Of a stretch of DNA of 64,000 nt, positions 20,193-30,370 are shown piece by piece. The notes under the pieces were generated by a model. That model was not told the origin of the DNA. It saw only the letters and a list, made by a program, of their open reading frames with translations, and did not search any database. A program made the translations under genes and the position numbers. The number at the start of each line of letters is the position of its first letter. Position 1 is the stretch's first letter. Source of the DNA: Candidatus Tectimicrobiota bacterium (GTDB lineage: Bacteria; JACPUC01); contig JACPUC010000011.1 in assembly GCA_016192455.1 (NCBI GenBank), positions 1-64,000 on the forward strand, written 5' to 3'.

Positions 20193-20623
20193 ACCTTGCA
20201 GGTTTGCCGTCGTGCGTGTTACAGCGGACGGGATGTGCAGAGCCGTAGGGGCGGGGCTTGCCCCGCCCTCCGAGCCGCCCCCTCTGAGTCGCCAGGGCGG
20301 GGCGCAGCAAGTGGCGCCCCTACAGCCAGGGCGCCGAACCCTTCGACATGAGAGACAGTCGCTCCCTGTAAACCCCATGTTCATCCCTTCGCGGGTGGGC
20401 CGAAGGCCCATGGGAAACTGCCTGGGAGCGCCCTCCACGCCTTGACTTGGCGGCGGCGCTGTGGCAGATTTTCGAGCAGGTTCCGCGTCAAGCCCCAGCT
20501 TCGCAAACGCTCCGCCTTCGGTTCCGTTCCTGCTCATCACGTCACTCTTGCAGCAACCACGCGCGGGACTGCCAGCAGGCCGCGGATTCCGCCCCAACCA
20601 CCATCACCATACAAGGTCCCCCG

Positions 20624-23293
20624 ATGAAGAAGACGCAGTTGCCGAATGGCCTGACGGTCATTCTGGAAGAGAACCACGCGGCTCCCGTCGTCTCCCTGCA
20701 GATGTGGGTGAAGGTGGGGAGCGCGCTGGAGCAGCCGCACGAGTCGGGCCTCGCCCACCTCTTCGAACACATGCTTTTCAAAGGGACGGAGCGGCGCGGC
20801 GTAGGCGAGATCGGCATGCAGGTGGAGGCGTGCGGCGGCGACATCAACGCCTACACCTCCTACGATGAAACGGTTTACTACCTTGTCCTGGCCAGCCGCT
20901 TCTTCCCCACCGGCCTCGATATCTTGGCGGACGCTATCCAGCACTCCGCCTTCGATCCGGCCGAGCTGGCCAAGGAAGAGGAGGTGGTGATCGAGGAAAT
21001 CCGCCGCAGCGAGGACATGCCGTCGCGGCGCCTGAGCCAGAAGGTCTTCTCGACGAGCTACCGGGTGCACCCCTACCAGCGCCCCATCATCGGCACCGAG
21101 GAGTCCGTGCGCGGCTTCACGCGCGAGCAGATTCTGGACTTCTACCGGCGCTGGTACGTGCCGAATAACATGGTGCTCATCGTGGTCGGCGACCTGGAGC
21201 CGCGGCAGGCCCTGGAGGCGGTGCGCGCCACCTTCCGCGACTTCGCGCCGCGCGGCCTGCCGGCGCACCGCCTGCCCGGCGAGCCGCCGCAGGAGCGCCC
21301 GCGGCACGTCCTCCTGCATGACGAGGTGGAGGAGAGCTACCTGGATGCCGCCTTCCACATCCCGGCCATCAACCATGAGGATATCCTGCCCCTGGACGTG
21401 GCGTCGGTGCTCCTTGGGTACGGGGAGGGCTCGCGCCTCTACCTGGAGGTGCATGACCGGCAGCAGGTCCTCAATTCCGTCTACGCCTACTGCTTCACCC
21501 CGAGGGAGGCCGGGCTCTTCCTGGTCGGCGGCACCCTCAATGCCGAGACGGCCGAGGCGGGGTTGGCCGCCACCATGCGCGAGCTGCGCCGCCTCCACCA
21601 TGAGCCGGTGGAGAAGCAGGAGCTGGAGAAGGCGAAGCTGACCATCGAGAGCGAGTTCGTCTTCCACAAGGAGACGGTGCAGGGGCAGGCGCGCAAGCTG
21701 GGGTTCTTCGAGGTGCTGGCGGGCGACGTGGCCCGCGAACGCGACTACCTCCGCGATCTCCGGCGGGTTACGGCGGCCGACCTCCAGCGCGTCGCCCAGC
21801 GCTACTTCCTGCCGCAGAACCTCACCTTCGGTCTGCTGTCGCCGCCGCAGAGCGCCGGCAAGGTGCGGCCCGCCGCGCTCGTGCGAGCGGCCCGCCAGGG
21901 ATTGCGGCAGGCGCGCCGCCGCGCCCTCGGGGGCGCCGCGAACGGTCCCGGGCCTGGACGCGGCGGGGCCAGTGCGCCAGGGACGGCGAAACGGCCCAGG
22001 CTGGCATTCCACACCCTGGGGAATGGCGTGCGTCTCCTCATCAAGGAGAACCGCAACGTGCCAGTCGTCGCGGTGCGCGCCATGTGCGTGGGCGGGCTGC
22101 GCTACGAGACGACGGGCTCGAGCGGCCTGAGCAACTTCGTGGCGGAGATGCTGACGAAGGGCACCACCCAGTCCAGCGCGGTGGAGCTGACCCGGCGGGT
22201 GGAGGCCATCGGCGGGGTGCTGGAGGGGTTTTCCGGCCGCAACACCATCGGGGTGAGCGGCGAGTTTCTCAGCCGCTACACCAGGACAGGGCTGGAGCTG
22301 GTGAGCGAAGTGCTGCAGCAGGCCAGCTTCGAGCCGGAGGAAGTGGAGAAGCGGCGCACGGAGATTCTTGCCGACATCCGCGAGCAGCAGGATGATCTCG
22401 GCCAGGTGACCTTCAACCTGCTGAACCGTTGCTTCTACGGGCGTCACCCCTACGGCCTCGACCAGCTCGGCCGCGCAGCGACGGTCAGCCGCATGCAACG
22501 CCGGCACCTCGTCGCCTTCTCGCGGCGCTTCGTGCAGCCGCGGAACCTGGTCCTCAGCGTCGTGGGGGATGTGGATGCCGGGGAGGTGCTCGACCTCGCG
22601 CGGGGTCTGCTGGGCCGCTGGCAGGGGACCAACGCCGGCCGCCTGCCGGAGATTCCGCCGGCGCTGCCCCCCTCGCAGCCGCGGGTCAGGCAGCTCATTC
22701 GCGAGCGCCAGCAGGCGCACTTGGCTCTCGGCTTCCCGGGGCCGGGTCTCAGCGATCCGCGGCGCTACGCGATGATCGTCCTCAACGCCCTTCTCAGCGG
22801 TCAGGGGGGCCGCCTCTTCCTCGAGCTGCGCGATCGCCGCAGCCTGGCCTACGCGGTGACCTCCTTCCTGCAGGAGGGGCTGGACCTCGGCATGTTCGGG
22901 GTCTACATCGGCACCAGCCCGGCAAAGCTCGGCGAGGCGTACGGCGGCATGCTGCGGGAGCTGCGGCAGCTCCTTGAGAAGCCGTTGCCGGCCGAGGAGG
23001 TGCGGCGCGCCAAGAAGTTTGTCGTCGGCAGCTACGAGATCGGCCTGCAGCGCAACTCCTTCCAGGCCAACAACCTGGCTTCCAGCGAGCTGCTGGGCCT
23101 CGGCTATCGGCAGGTCGAGCGGTATCCCAACCTGATCATGCGCGTGCGCGCCGCTGACGTCCTCGCCGTGGCGCGCGACGCCTTGGACCTGCGGCGCTGC
23201 GCCGTCGCCCTCCTGCGGCCCCGCGGCATCTCCTTCCGGTTGGGCGCGGTGGAGGCGGCGCCCGGCCTGCACCTCAAGGCGGCGCGCCACTGA
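20624..23293 (+). CDS. M16 family zinc peptidase (pitrilysin-like, two-domain)
   Basis: HLFEH (HxxEH), NAYTSYD, second half with LRDRRSLAY. Confidence 0.92.
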   Translation: MKKTQLPNGLTVILEENHAAPVVSLQMWVKVGSALEQPHESGLAHLFEHMLFKGTERRGVGEIGMQVEACGGDINAYTSYDETVYYLVLASRFFPTGLDILADAIQHSAFDPAELAKEEEVVIEEIRRSEDMPSRRLSQKVFSTSYRVHPYQRPIIGTEESVRGFTREQILDFYRRWYVPNNMVLIVVGDLEPRQALEAVRATFRDFAPRGLPAHRLPGEPPQERPRHVLLHDEVEESYLDAAFHIPAINHEDILPLDVASVLLGYGEGSRLYLEVHDRQQVLNSVYAYCFTPREAGLFLVGGTLNAETAEAGLAATMRELRRLHHEPVEKQELEKAKLTIESEFVFHKETVQGQARKLGFFEVLAGDVARERDYLRDLRRVTAADLQRVAQRYFLPQNLTFGLLSPPQSAGKVRPAALVRAARQGLRQARRRALGGAANGPGPGRGGASAPGTAKRPRLAFHTLGNGVRLLIKENRNVPVVAVRAMCVGGLRYETTGSSGLSNFVAEMLTKGTTQSSAVELTRRVEAIGGVLEGFSGRNTIGVSGEFLSRYTRTGLELVSEVLQQASFEPEEVEKRRTEILADIREQQDDLGQVTFNLLNRCFYGRHPYGLDQLGRAATVSRMQRRHLVAFSRRFVQPRNLVLSVVGDVDAGEVLDLARGLLGRWQGTNAGRLPEIPPALPPSQPRVRQLIRERQQAHLALGFPGPGLSDPRRYAMIVLNALLSGQGGRLFLELRDRRSLAYAVTSFLQEGLDLGMFGVYIGTSPAKLGEAYGGMLRELRQLLEKPLPAEEVRRAKKFVVGSYEIGLQRNSFQANNLASSELLGLGYRQVERYPNLIMRVRAADVLAVARDALDLRRCAVALLRPRGISFRLGAVEAAPGLHLKAARH

Positions 23294-23364
23294 GGCGCGG
23301 CGCGGCGCGCGGGGGGAGCGGCGCGGGCGGCGTGGGTGGTGCGTGCCGCTCGGCGGCCGACTCC

Positions 23365-23391
23365 TTGCTCAAAGGTCGATACTGTGATAAC
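23365..23391 (+). promoter_or_regulatory. Putative sigma70 promoter conserved in both SBP paralogs
   Basis: TTGCTCAAA..TGTGATAAC here and TTGCTCAAA..TGTGATAAT at about 24630-24655. Confidence 0.5.
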
Positions 23392-23507
23392 GAATGGGGG
23401 CAGACGGCGCGCCCGGGGGGTGCGTTGAGCCGTCGGCCGGTCGCGGGGCGGCGGGAGGATGCGTTGGTCAGTGCGGCGGCACAATGGCGCGAAGAGGAGG
23501 AAACGCG

Positions 23508-24497
23508 ATGAGCAGGAAGCGGGTTCGGCGCGGCATTGGTTTAACGGTCCTGGCCGCGGTTCTGGCGGCGGCGTGGGGACTTGGCCTGAGTGCTCCGAGC
23601 TTGGCCCAGCCGAAGATCACCTTTGCGACGACCGCCACGGGAACCACCGGCCTCATCACCACCGTGCTCAAGCACCAGAAGTTCGATGAGAAGAACGGCT
23701 TTATCCTGGAGGCTCCGCCCTTCGATCCCGCCAAGTCCGAGAATGCCATTGTCTTCAAGCAGGTCGATACCGGTCCCATGACCCCCGTCTCCCTGGCGCG
23801 CGTCAATCTCAAGGGCAACGACATGCGCATCTTCGCGCCGCTGTTCTACAACCACATCTCCCTCATGGTGCAGAAGGACTCGCCCTCCGCCTCCCTGGCC
23901 GATCTGAAGGGAAAGAAGGTCGCCACCATGGCGCGCGTCACCGGCATGTACAATACCTTCGCCCTGGTGAACCGCTTCCGCGGCCTGGACATCGAGAAGG
24001 ACTACCAGCTCGTCTTCGGCGCCCCGCCGGTGATCCTGGGCCTCCTGAAGAAGAAGGAGGTGGACATGGGGATGACCTTCGAGCCGATCACCTCGAGGCT
24101 GCTCACCGAAGGGCAGTTGAAGGAGATCGGCACCATCAGCGGGCTGTGGCGGGAGAAGACGGGGCAGCCGATGCTGATGATCGGAGCGAGCGCCCACAAC
24201 GAGTGGCTGGAGAGTCACCAGGACGAGGCGCGCAGGTTCACGCAGGCGCTCCTCGACACCCTCGCCTACATCCATGCGAACCCGGCAGCGGTGATGCGCG
24301 CCAACCAGGAGAAACTGGGGTCAAAGACCGATGCGGTGCTCAATCTCCTCGGCGAGCGCATGCCGAAGATCCTCGCCAAAGAGTGGAATGACGCAGTGAT
24401 CCAGAATCTCCAACTCCAGGTGACGAAGGCGGTGGAGTTCGGCCTGCTGCCGAGAGACCCCGGCGGCACGATGTTCGTCAACTACCTGAAGAAGTAG
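23508..24497 (+). CDS. NitT/TauT (SsuA-like) ABC substrate-binding protein, copy 1
   Basis: Signal peptide; SLADLKGKKVA; GAGGAGG RBS. Confidence 0.88.
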   Translation: MSRKRVRRGIGLTVLAAVLAAAWGLGLSAPSLAQPKITFATTATGTTGLITTVLKHQKFDEKNGFILEAPPFDPAKSENAIVFKQVDTGPMTPVSLARVNLKGNDMRIFAPLFYNHISLMVQKDSPSASLADLKGKKVATMARVTGMYNTFALVNRFRGLDIEKDYQLVFGAPPVILGLLKKKEVDMGMTFEPITSRLLTEGQLKEIGTISGLWREKTGQPMLMIGASAHNEWLESHQDEARRFTQALLDTLAYIHANPAAVMRANQEKLGSKTDAVLNLLGERMPKILAKEWNDAVIQNLQLQVTKAVEFGLLPRDPGGTMFVNYLKK

Positions 24498-24820
24498 CGT
24501 GGCCAAGCGGCCGGGGCGGGACGAGTGGCGTCGCCGCGATGTCCTTGTGGCGGACCGCGGCGGGTGCGCTCCGCGGCGCGGCGCGGTTGCCATGACCGCG
24601 CGGTGGTGGTGAGGCGCGGCGGAAGGGCTTTGCTCAAACGCGTTCTTGTGATAATGAAGGGGAGGCGCCCGGCCACGGAGGTAGGGGGGCGCCGGGGCGG
24701 CCGTGTGAGCAAGGTGCCGCCGCGCAGAGGGGGAGGGTGCGTCGTTGGCTGACTGCGAGGCGGCCTGGGGCGATGTTCGGCCACGGCAGCGGTACCATCG
24801 GCGTGTAAGGAGGATGCGTG

Positions 24821-25807
24821 ATGCGCAGGAAGCGGGTTTGGCGCGGCATTGCTTTAACGGTCCTGGCCGCGGTCCTGGTGGGGGCGGCGGTGATTGCGCT
24901 GAGCGTCCCAAGTGAAGCCCAGCCGAAAATCACCTTCGCCACCACGAGCACTGGAGCTGCTGGTCTCATCACCACGGTGATCAAGAACCAGAAGCTCGAC
25001 CAAAAGAACGGCTTCACCCTGGACGCTCCGGCCTTTACGCCCGAAGCGGGCCAAAATGCCCTGGTCTTCAAGCAGGTCGATTCGGGTATCTTCAACCCCA
25101 TCGCCATGGCGCGGGCCAACCTGAAGGGGAACAGCATGCGCATCTTCGCGCCGCTGTTCTACAACCACATCTCGTTCGTGGTGCAGAAAGACTCGCCGTA
25201 CAAGTCCCTCGCCGACCTGAAGGGGAAAAAGGTCGCCACCATGGCTCGCGTCACCGGCATGTACAACACCTTCGCCCTGGTGAATCGCTTCCGCGGCCTG
25301 GACATCGAGAAGGACTACCAGCTCATCATGGGCGCCCCGCCGGTGATCTTGGGCCTCCTGAAGAAAAAGGAGGTGGAGATGGGGATGATCTTCGAGCCGG
25401 TGACCTCCACCGTCCTCACCGAGGGGCAACTGAAAGAGATCGGCACCATCAGCGACCTGTGGCGGGAATCGACGGGCAAACCGATGCTGATGATCGGCGC
25501 CAGCGCGCACGCCGAGTGGCTTGACGCGCACCAGAAAGAGGCGCGGCAGTTCACCCAGGCGATCCTCGACTCCCTCGCCTACATCCACAAGAACTCCGCC
25601 GAGGTCATGCGCGCCAACAAGGAGCAGCTCGGCGCCAAGACCGACGCGGCGCTCACCCTCCTCATCGAGCGCATGCCAAAGATCATCGCCAGCGAGTGGA
25701 ACGACTCCGTCGTCCAGAACCTGCAGCTCCAGGTGACGAAGGCGGTTGAGTTCGGGCTGCTGCCGAAGGTTCCGGAAGGGACGATGTTCGTGAACTACCT
25801 GAAGTAG
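24821..25807 (+). CDS. NitT/TauT ABC substrate-binding protein, copy 2
   Basis: Close paralog of 23508-24497; AGGAGG RBS. Confidence 0.88.
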   Translation: MRRKRVWRGIALTVLAAVLVGAAVIALSVPSEAQPKITFATTSTGAAGLITTVIKNQKLDQKNGFTLDAPAFTPEAGQNALVFKQVDSGIFNPIAMARANLKGNSMRIFAPLFYNHISFVVQKDSPYKSLADLKGKKVATMARVTGMYNTFALVNRFRGLDIEKDYQLIMGAPPVILGLLKKKEVEMGMIFEPVTSTVLTEGQLKEIGTISDLWRESTGKPMLMIGASAHAEWLDAHQKEARQFTQAILDSLAYIHKNSAEVMRANKEQLGAKTDAALTLLIERMPKIIASEWNDSVVQNLQLQVTKAVEFGLLPKVPEGTMFVNYLK

Positions 25808-26018
25808 GCGGGAAGAGGCGAGCGTTTCCCTGCCATGGGGAGCGAGGAGCGCTCCGCCGGGCGAGCCGCGGCTGCCGGCGCGCCGAGGGTTCCCGCGGCG
25901 CGGCTCGACGAACAGTCCCAGCACGAACAGGAGAGGGGCGCTCCCCGGCCAGGGAGCGCCCTAAGTGTCGGCGGGCGCCGAGTGCCGCCAGATGCTGGAA
26001 TCCGCCGTGGTGACGCCG

Positions 26019-26237
26019 CTACCAGGGGAGGGGGATGGGGCGCGCGCGCTCGGGCGTAAACTCGATGCAGTCCTCGGGGCAATCCAGCAGGCAGAGCAGG
26101 CAGAACATGCAATCTCCCTGGTACTCCACGAAGGCCAGGCGACGCTCGTGGTCGAAGCCGATGCAGTTGTCAGGGCAGGAGTCAACGCAAATCTCGCAGC
26201 CGGTGCAGCGGTTTTCATCGATACGAAAGATCGCCAT
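26019..26237 (-). CDS. 2x[4Fe-4S] ferredoxin (AprB/AsfB-like)
   Basis: CTGCEICVDSCP and CMFCLLCLLDCP. Confidence 0.9.
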   Translation of the reverse strand: MAIFRIDENRCTGCEICVDSCPDNCIGFDHERRLAFVEYQGDCMFCLLCLLDCPEDCIEFTPERARPIPLPW

Positions 26238-26336
26238 CGTCCCTCCGTTCCTCTCGGTCCTCCCCGTTCCCTCAGCAAGTCCCGGGAGACGCCACGCCGT
26301 GCTGCGCATGGAGCACCACGCTTGAGGCGCGGCGGG

Positions 26337-28136
26337 CTAGCGCACCACCGCGGATGTCCAGGTGCGCCGTTTCGGTTTCCCCGACGTCGTCTCCTGTTCG
26401 GCGGCGGATTTCTTCATGCCGGCAAAGACGGGATGCAGGGTTTTCTTCCGTTTCGGCTGGACAGGCCATTGCTCGAATGGCAGCTCGACCGTGTTGAGCA
26501 GAACCCCGCCCTCCGGCGCGCACTGAATAGTCACCCACTTCAACCAGTTGATGTTGTCCGTGTTGGGGCAGTCCTCGCGGACGTTCGAGCCGCGGCTTTC
26601 GGTGCGGTAGAGGGCGCTACGCAGGAGCAGCTCGGCGGTGGTCACCATGTTGGCAACCTCGACGCAGTTGCGCACGTCCTGCATGTCGCGCGCCTTCAGG
26701 TAGGGAATCTCGTGGTCGCGCAGGTACTCCACCTCCGTGAGGGCCGCCTGCAAACGGTCGCCGCGTCGGATGAGGAGGGTCTCGTAGGGGAAGAGAATCT
26801 TCTGCAGACGGTAGGTGACATCCTCCGGCAGCATGCCGGCGCGCCGCCGCAGGGGGGCGAAGACCATCTCCTTGAGCTGCTGCGCCTCGCCGGCATCGCA
26901 GCGCGCCTCCGGCTGGCCGGCGATGAAGCTCATGGCGGCGCGGGCGGCGATCTCGCCGGAGACCATGCAGTAGGCGAAGTTCGAGCCGCCGACGCCGCTC
27001 ACCCCTTGGTAGGAAGACCAGGCGGCGTCGCCGACGGCGTAGAGGCCGGGCAGGTTCGTCTCGCAGGCCTCGTTGATGCGCGCGCCGCCGCCGCGCCCGG
27101 TGCCGAAGCCGATCATCGCCGGCATCCACTCGATGGGCGCCTTGCGCACATCCACCCCGGTGGTTTCGAGGATGCGCATCGGCACGGGGTTGGTGAAGCG
27201 CAGCACCTCGAGCTGCTCGTCGGTGAGGTGCCGCGCATCGAGGTAGATGGGCCCCTTGCCGATCTTCACCTCGGCGGCCATCGAGGCGGTGAGCCGCGGC
27301 AGCGAGGCGCGATCGGCGTAGACCGGATCGTAGTGGTGCATGAACGGCTGACCAAGGCCGTTGATGAACTTGCCGCCCAGCCCCACGAGCATGTTCAAGC
27401 CGGCGAGGTCGTAGTCCTTCGGGCAGGTGTTGGCGGTGGCGAACTCGAGGCTGATCATCTCCACGCCGCGGCGGATCATCATCGCCCAGGCGTCGCCGGT
27501 GACGTTGCGCTGCCCCAGGAAGGTGCCCTTGTAGGCCACCGAGCCGGCCGCGTTGATGACGGCGCGCGCCTTGAAGATGTGCCAGTCGCCGCTGCGGCTG
27601 TTGAAGCCGACGGCCCCGACGACGCGGTTGCCGTCCACGAGGAGGTCGGTGACGCTGACGCGCTCGACCAGCCGCACCTGCGTCTTGCGCAGGCGCTTGC
27701 GCATCATCGTCATCATCTGGAAGTTCTGGCACATGACGTTGCGCTGCACGCGGTCTTCGCGCTGGCCGCGCCCCACCTTGCGCTCGAAGTCGCCGTCTTT
27801 CATGCGGAAGGTCACGCCGAAGGAGGCCAGCTCTTTGATCTTGTCGTAGCCGTGCTCCATCATGATCTGGATCCACCGCTGGTCGGCGAGGTACTCCGAG
27901 TGCTCGACCATCTCGCGCATCCAGGCTTCGTCGTCGTCATCCGGGAACTTGCAGAGCATGACGCCGGCGCCGAAGGCGCTCATGCCGGTGCGGCCCACCT
28001 TCCCCTTCTCGACCAGGATGACGTTCTTCTGGCCGAAGTCGCTCAGCTTCACGGCGGCGAAGGTGCCGGCCAGCCCGGCGCCGAGAACGAGCACGTCGCA
28101 GTCGTGCACTTCGCCCAGTTCGTCGAGGGAAGGCAT
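26337..28136 (-). CDS. FAD-dependent oxidoreductase, SdhA/AprA superfamily (AsfA-like)
   Basis: DVLVLGAGLAG, GLYAVGD, SALYRTESRG; GAGGAG RBS. Confidence 0.88.
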   Translation of the reverse strand: MPSLDELGEVHDCDVLVLGAGLAGTFAAVKLSDFGQKNVILVEKGKVGRTGMSAFGAGVMLCKFPDDDDEAWMREMVEHSEYLADQRWIQIMMEHGYDKIKELASFGVTFRMKDGDFERKVGRGQREDRVQRNVMCQNFQMMTMMRKRLRKTQVRLVERVSVTDLLVDGNRVVGAVGFNSRSGDWHIFKARAVINAAGSVAYKGTFLGQRNVTGDAWAMMIRRGVEMISLEFATANTCPKDYDLAGLNMLVGLGGKFINGLGQPFMHHYDPVYADRASLPRLTASMAAEVKIGKGPIYLDARHLTDEQLEVLRFTNPVPMRILETTGVDVRKAPIEWMPAMIGFGTGRGGGARINEACETNLPGLYAVGDAAWSSYQGVSGVGGSNFAYCMVSGEIAARAAMSFIAGQPEARCDAGEAQQLKEMVFAPLRRRAGMLPEDVTYRLQKILFPYETLLIRRGDRLQAALTEVEYLRDHEIPYLKARDMQDVRNCVEVANMVTTAELLLRSALYRTESRGSNVREDCPNTDNINWLKWVTIQCAPEGGVLLNTVELPFEQWPVQPKRKKTLHPVFAGMKKSAAEQETTSGKPKRRTWTSAVVR

Positions 28137-28344
28137 GGAGGTCTCCTCCGTTGCCGCCTGGGAAGCCCGGCCGTCCAGTCCGCTCACTCTACCACGAAGC
28201 AAGGCCCCTGCGAAGCCGCCCGCCGGCCGGAGCGCGCGGGACCCGGCTCGGTCCGCCCGCGGCGCCGGGCGACAACGTTCCCCTGGCTCGTCGCCGGATG
28301 CCGGCGCTTCCTGCTCTGGGGGCGCCGCGCGAGAGGGAGGCGCA

Positions 28345-29025
28345 ATGTCTGCTGAGCAGTCAATCCGAGAAGAGCTCGCCGAGGTGGGCCGCATCCTCGA
28401 GTACGAGAAGCTCATCGATGCCTTCGGACACGTGAGCTACCGGCTGGACGACGGCGCCCTCCTGGTCACCCCGCACATGCCTCCCGGCAAGGCCCGGCCG
28501 GAAGATTTCCTGCGCACCGACGCGCAGGGCAACGTGCTCAGCGGCGCCGGGCGCCCGCCGGGGGAGATGGCGATCCACACGGCGGTGTACCGGAACCGCC
28601 CGGATGTGCGCTGCGCCGCGCACTTCCACCCGCCCCGGTGCGTCTTGCTGAGTGTGCTGGGGCAGGAGATCATCCCCCTCACGAACATGAGCGCGCTGTT
28701 TCATGAGGGAACGCCGATCTACGATCACCCGGAGCTCATCCTCAACGATAGGCAGGGAGATGCGCTGTTGCAAGCGCTGGGGCGCTGCAAGGCGGTGCTC
28801 CTGCGCGGCCACGGCGTCGTGGTGGTGGCGGAGACGCCGGCGCAGCTTGCCGTGCGCGCCGTGGCGCTGGAGCGCAGCGCCGAGTTCCAGTACGCGGCGA
28901 TGCTGGCGGGCGCGCCGAAGCGGTACAGCGCCGAAGACCTGGCGCGCACCGCGGCGGACGAGCCGAAGCACGTGCAGCGCTGCATGCGCTACTACCGGGC
29001 GGTGCTGGGGGGCGGCGGCCAGTAG
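28345..29025 (+). CDS. Class II aldolase/adducin family protein
   Basis: GHVS, EMAIHTAVYRNRPDV..HFH, LRGHG. Confidence 0.9.
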   Translation: MSAEQSIREELAEVGRILEYEKLIDAFGHVSYRLDDGALLVTPHMPPGKARPEDFLRTDAQGNVLSGAGRPPGEMAIHTAVYRNRPDVRCAAHFHPPRCVLLSVLGQEIIPLTNMSALFHEGTPIYDHPELILNDRQGDALLQALGRCKAVLLRGHGVVVVAETPAQLAVRAVALERSAEFQYAAMLAGAPKRYSAEDLARTAADEPKHVQRCMRYYRAVLGGGGQ

Positions 29026-29038
29026 CCCAGGCCGGGTT

Positions 29039-29244
29039 CTGGTGTGCTGTTTCTCACCTGAGATCGCAGAGATGTGCGAGGGAGCCGCGCCCCCTCGCGC
29101 ACCCCGCCTTGTAGGGGCGGTTCGCGAACCGCCCCTACGGGAGTGGGGGGTGGGGGAGCAAGGGTCCCCCACAAAAACTTTCCCCCGTGTATGGCACAAA
29201 GAAGGCGTCAAATTAAGGATGCAACTTGTGCGACGTAACCCTAG
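29039..29244 (-). mobile_element. Family A MITE-like element (REP-hairpin variant)
   Basis: Imperfect terminal inverted repeats; CTAG at one end supplies the stop of the adjacent gene; colinear with 36079-36279. Confidence 0.7.
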
Positions 29245-29942
29245 GTGCGGCTTTGGGCTGGTTGCGGCGCGGGGCTGGCGATCTGTTCGAGCACCTGCGC
29301 CGTGGTCTTCACCTTGCAGTAGGCGTGTTCGAGGATGCGCAGGGCATAGCGGTGGTCCGCCTCGTTGCGGGCCGCGCAGCCGTCATCCACGAGGACGACG
29401 TTGAAGCCGCGGTCGCCGGCGTCGCGCACCGTGGTCTCGACGCAGAAATTCGTCACCACGCCGGTGACGATGAGGGTCTCGATGCGCAGGTTGCGGAGTA
29501 TCTGGTCCAGCGGCGAGGAGTTGAAGGCGCCGGAGCTGGTCTTGGCGATGACGATCTCATCCCCCCGCGGCTGCAGCGGCTCGATGATGTCGAACTCGCT
29601 CGAATCGCGCGGCGGCACGAGCTGGCGCTGCCGCCGGTGCCAGATGACCTCGCGGCGATCCCTGGTGAAGGCGCCGAGGACGATGTGGATGACCTCGATG
29701 CCCACCTCCCGACAGTGTCGCTGCAGCGCGGCGATGTTCGGCACCACGGTGCTGGCGAGGCGGTCGAAGTAGTAGCTCCACTGCTCGAAGCGCCCGGCCT
29801 CGCGGGCCCGCACCGCCAGGCCATGCTCCGGGTGGGCGTCGACCTTCTGCATGTCGATGATCAGCAGCGCCGTCGTCGCCGCCGCGAGATCGAAATCGGG
29901 AAACTCATAGAACCCCGGCAATGGGATGATACCCTGTCGCAT
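29241..29942 (-). CDS. Isochorismatase-family cysteine hydrolase
   Basis: ALLIIDMQ, K..SGAF, GVVTNFCVETTVRDA. Confidence 0.92.
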   Translation of the reverse strand: MRQGIIPLPGFYEFPDFDLAAATTALLIIDMQKVDAHPEHGLAVRAREAGRFEQWSYYFDRLASTVVPNIAALQRHCREVGIEVIHIVLGAFTRDRREVIWHRRQRQLVPPRDSSEFDIIEPLQPRGDEIVIAKTSSGAFNSSPLDQILRNLRIETLIVTGVVTNFCVETTVRDAGDRGFNVVLVDDGCAARNEADHRYALRILEHAYCKVKTTAQVLEQIASPAPQPAQSRT

Positions 29943-30370
29943 CTGCGTCCTCCTCACGGGGTAGGTCGTGAACGGCTTCCCTGCAGTTGGGATGCCTGAG
30001 ATTACTCCCTGATGCACCATCGTCGTCAAGCGCGCCGTCGCGGCGGAGCAGCAATCCCTCACCCTCTCCGGCGGCGGGAGTGCGGAGCAGACGGGGGAAA
30101 GGCGATTGACGGATCAGGCTTCGAGTAGGTAGCATGGGCAACCGGTTGCGGGCAGTCGGCCGGCGCAAGGGTGCCGGCGTGAGCGAGGACGAGGGCAGGA
30201 GCAAAGGTCAGCGGCGCGCCGGCATGGCCGCGCCGGCGGCGTCGCCAATCCGGAAGCGCGCCAGGTCCCCGAGGTGAAAGCGATCCCTCGCGGGCGGAAC
30301 CATCGCCCGGGGCCGCGAAGGGTCCCAGCTCGAGGGGAGCGTCGAGCTACGAAGCTGGAGCGGGGTCGGC

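Noticed and set aside
20537-23290. Long antisense or alternate-frame ORFs (also 15956-18190, 25965-28355, 42967-44757, 48040-50823)
   Set aside because: Shadows of real high-GC genes on the opposite strand; no motifs
26019-28136. Dissimilatory APS reductase aprAB
   Set aside because: Ferredoxin lacks the AprB C-terminal extension and no sat/qmo genes are nearby
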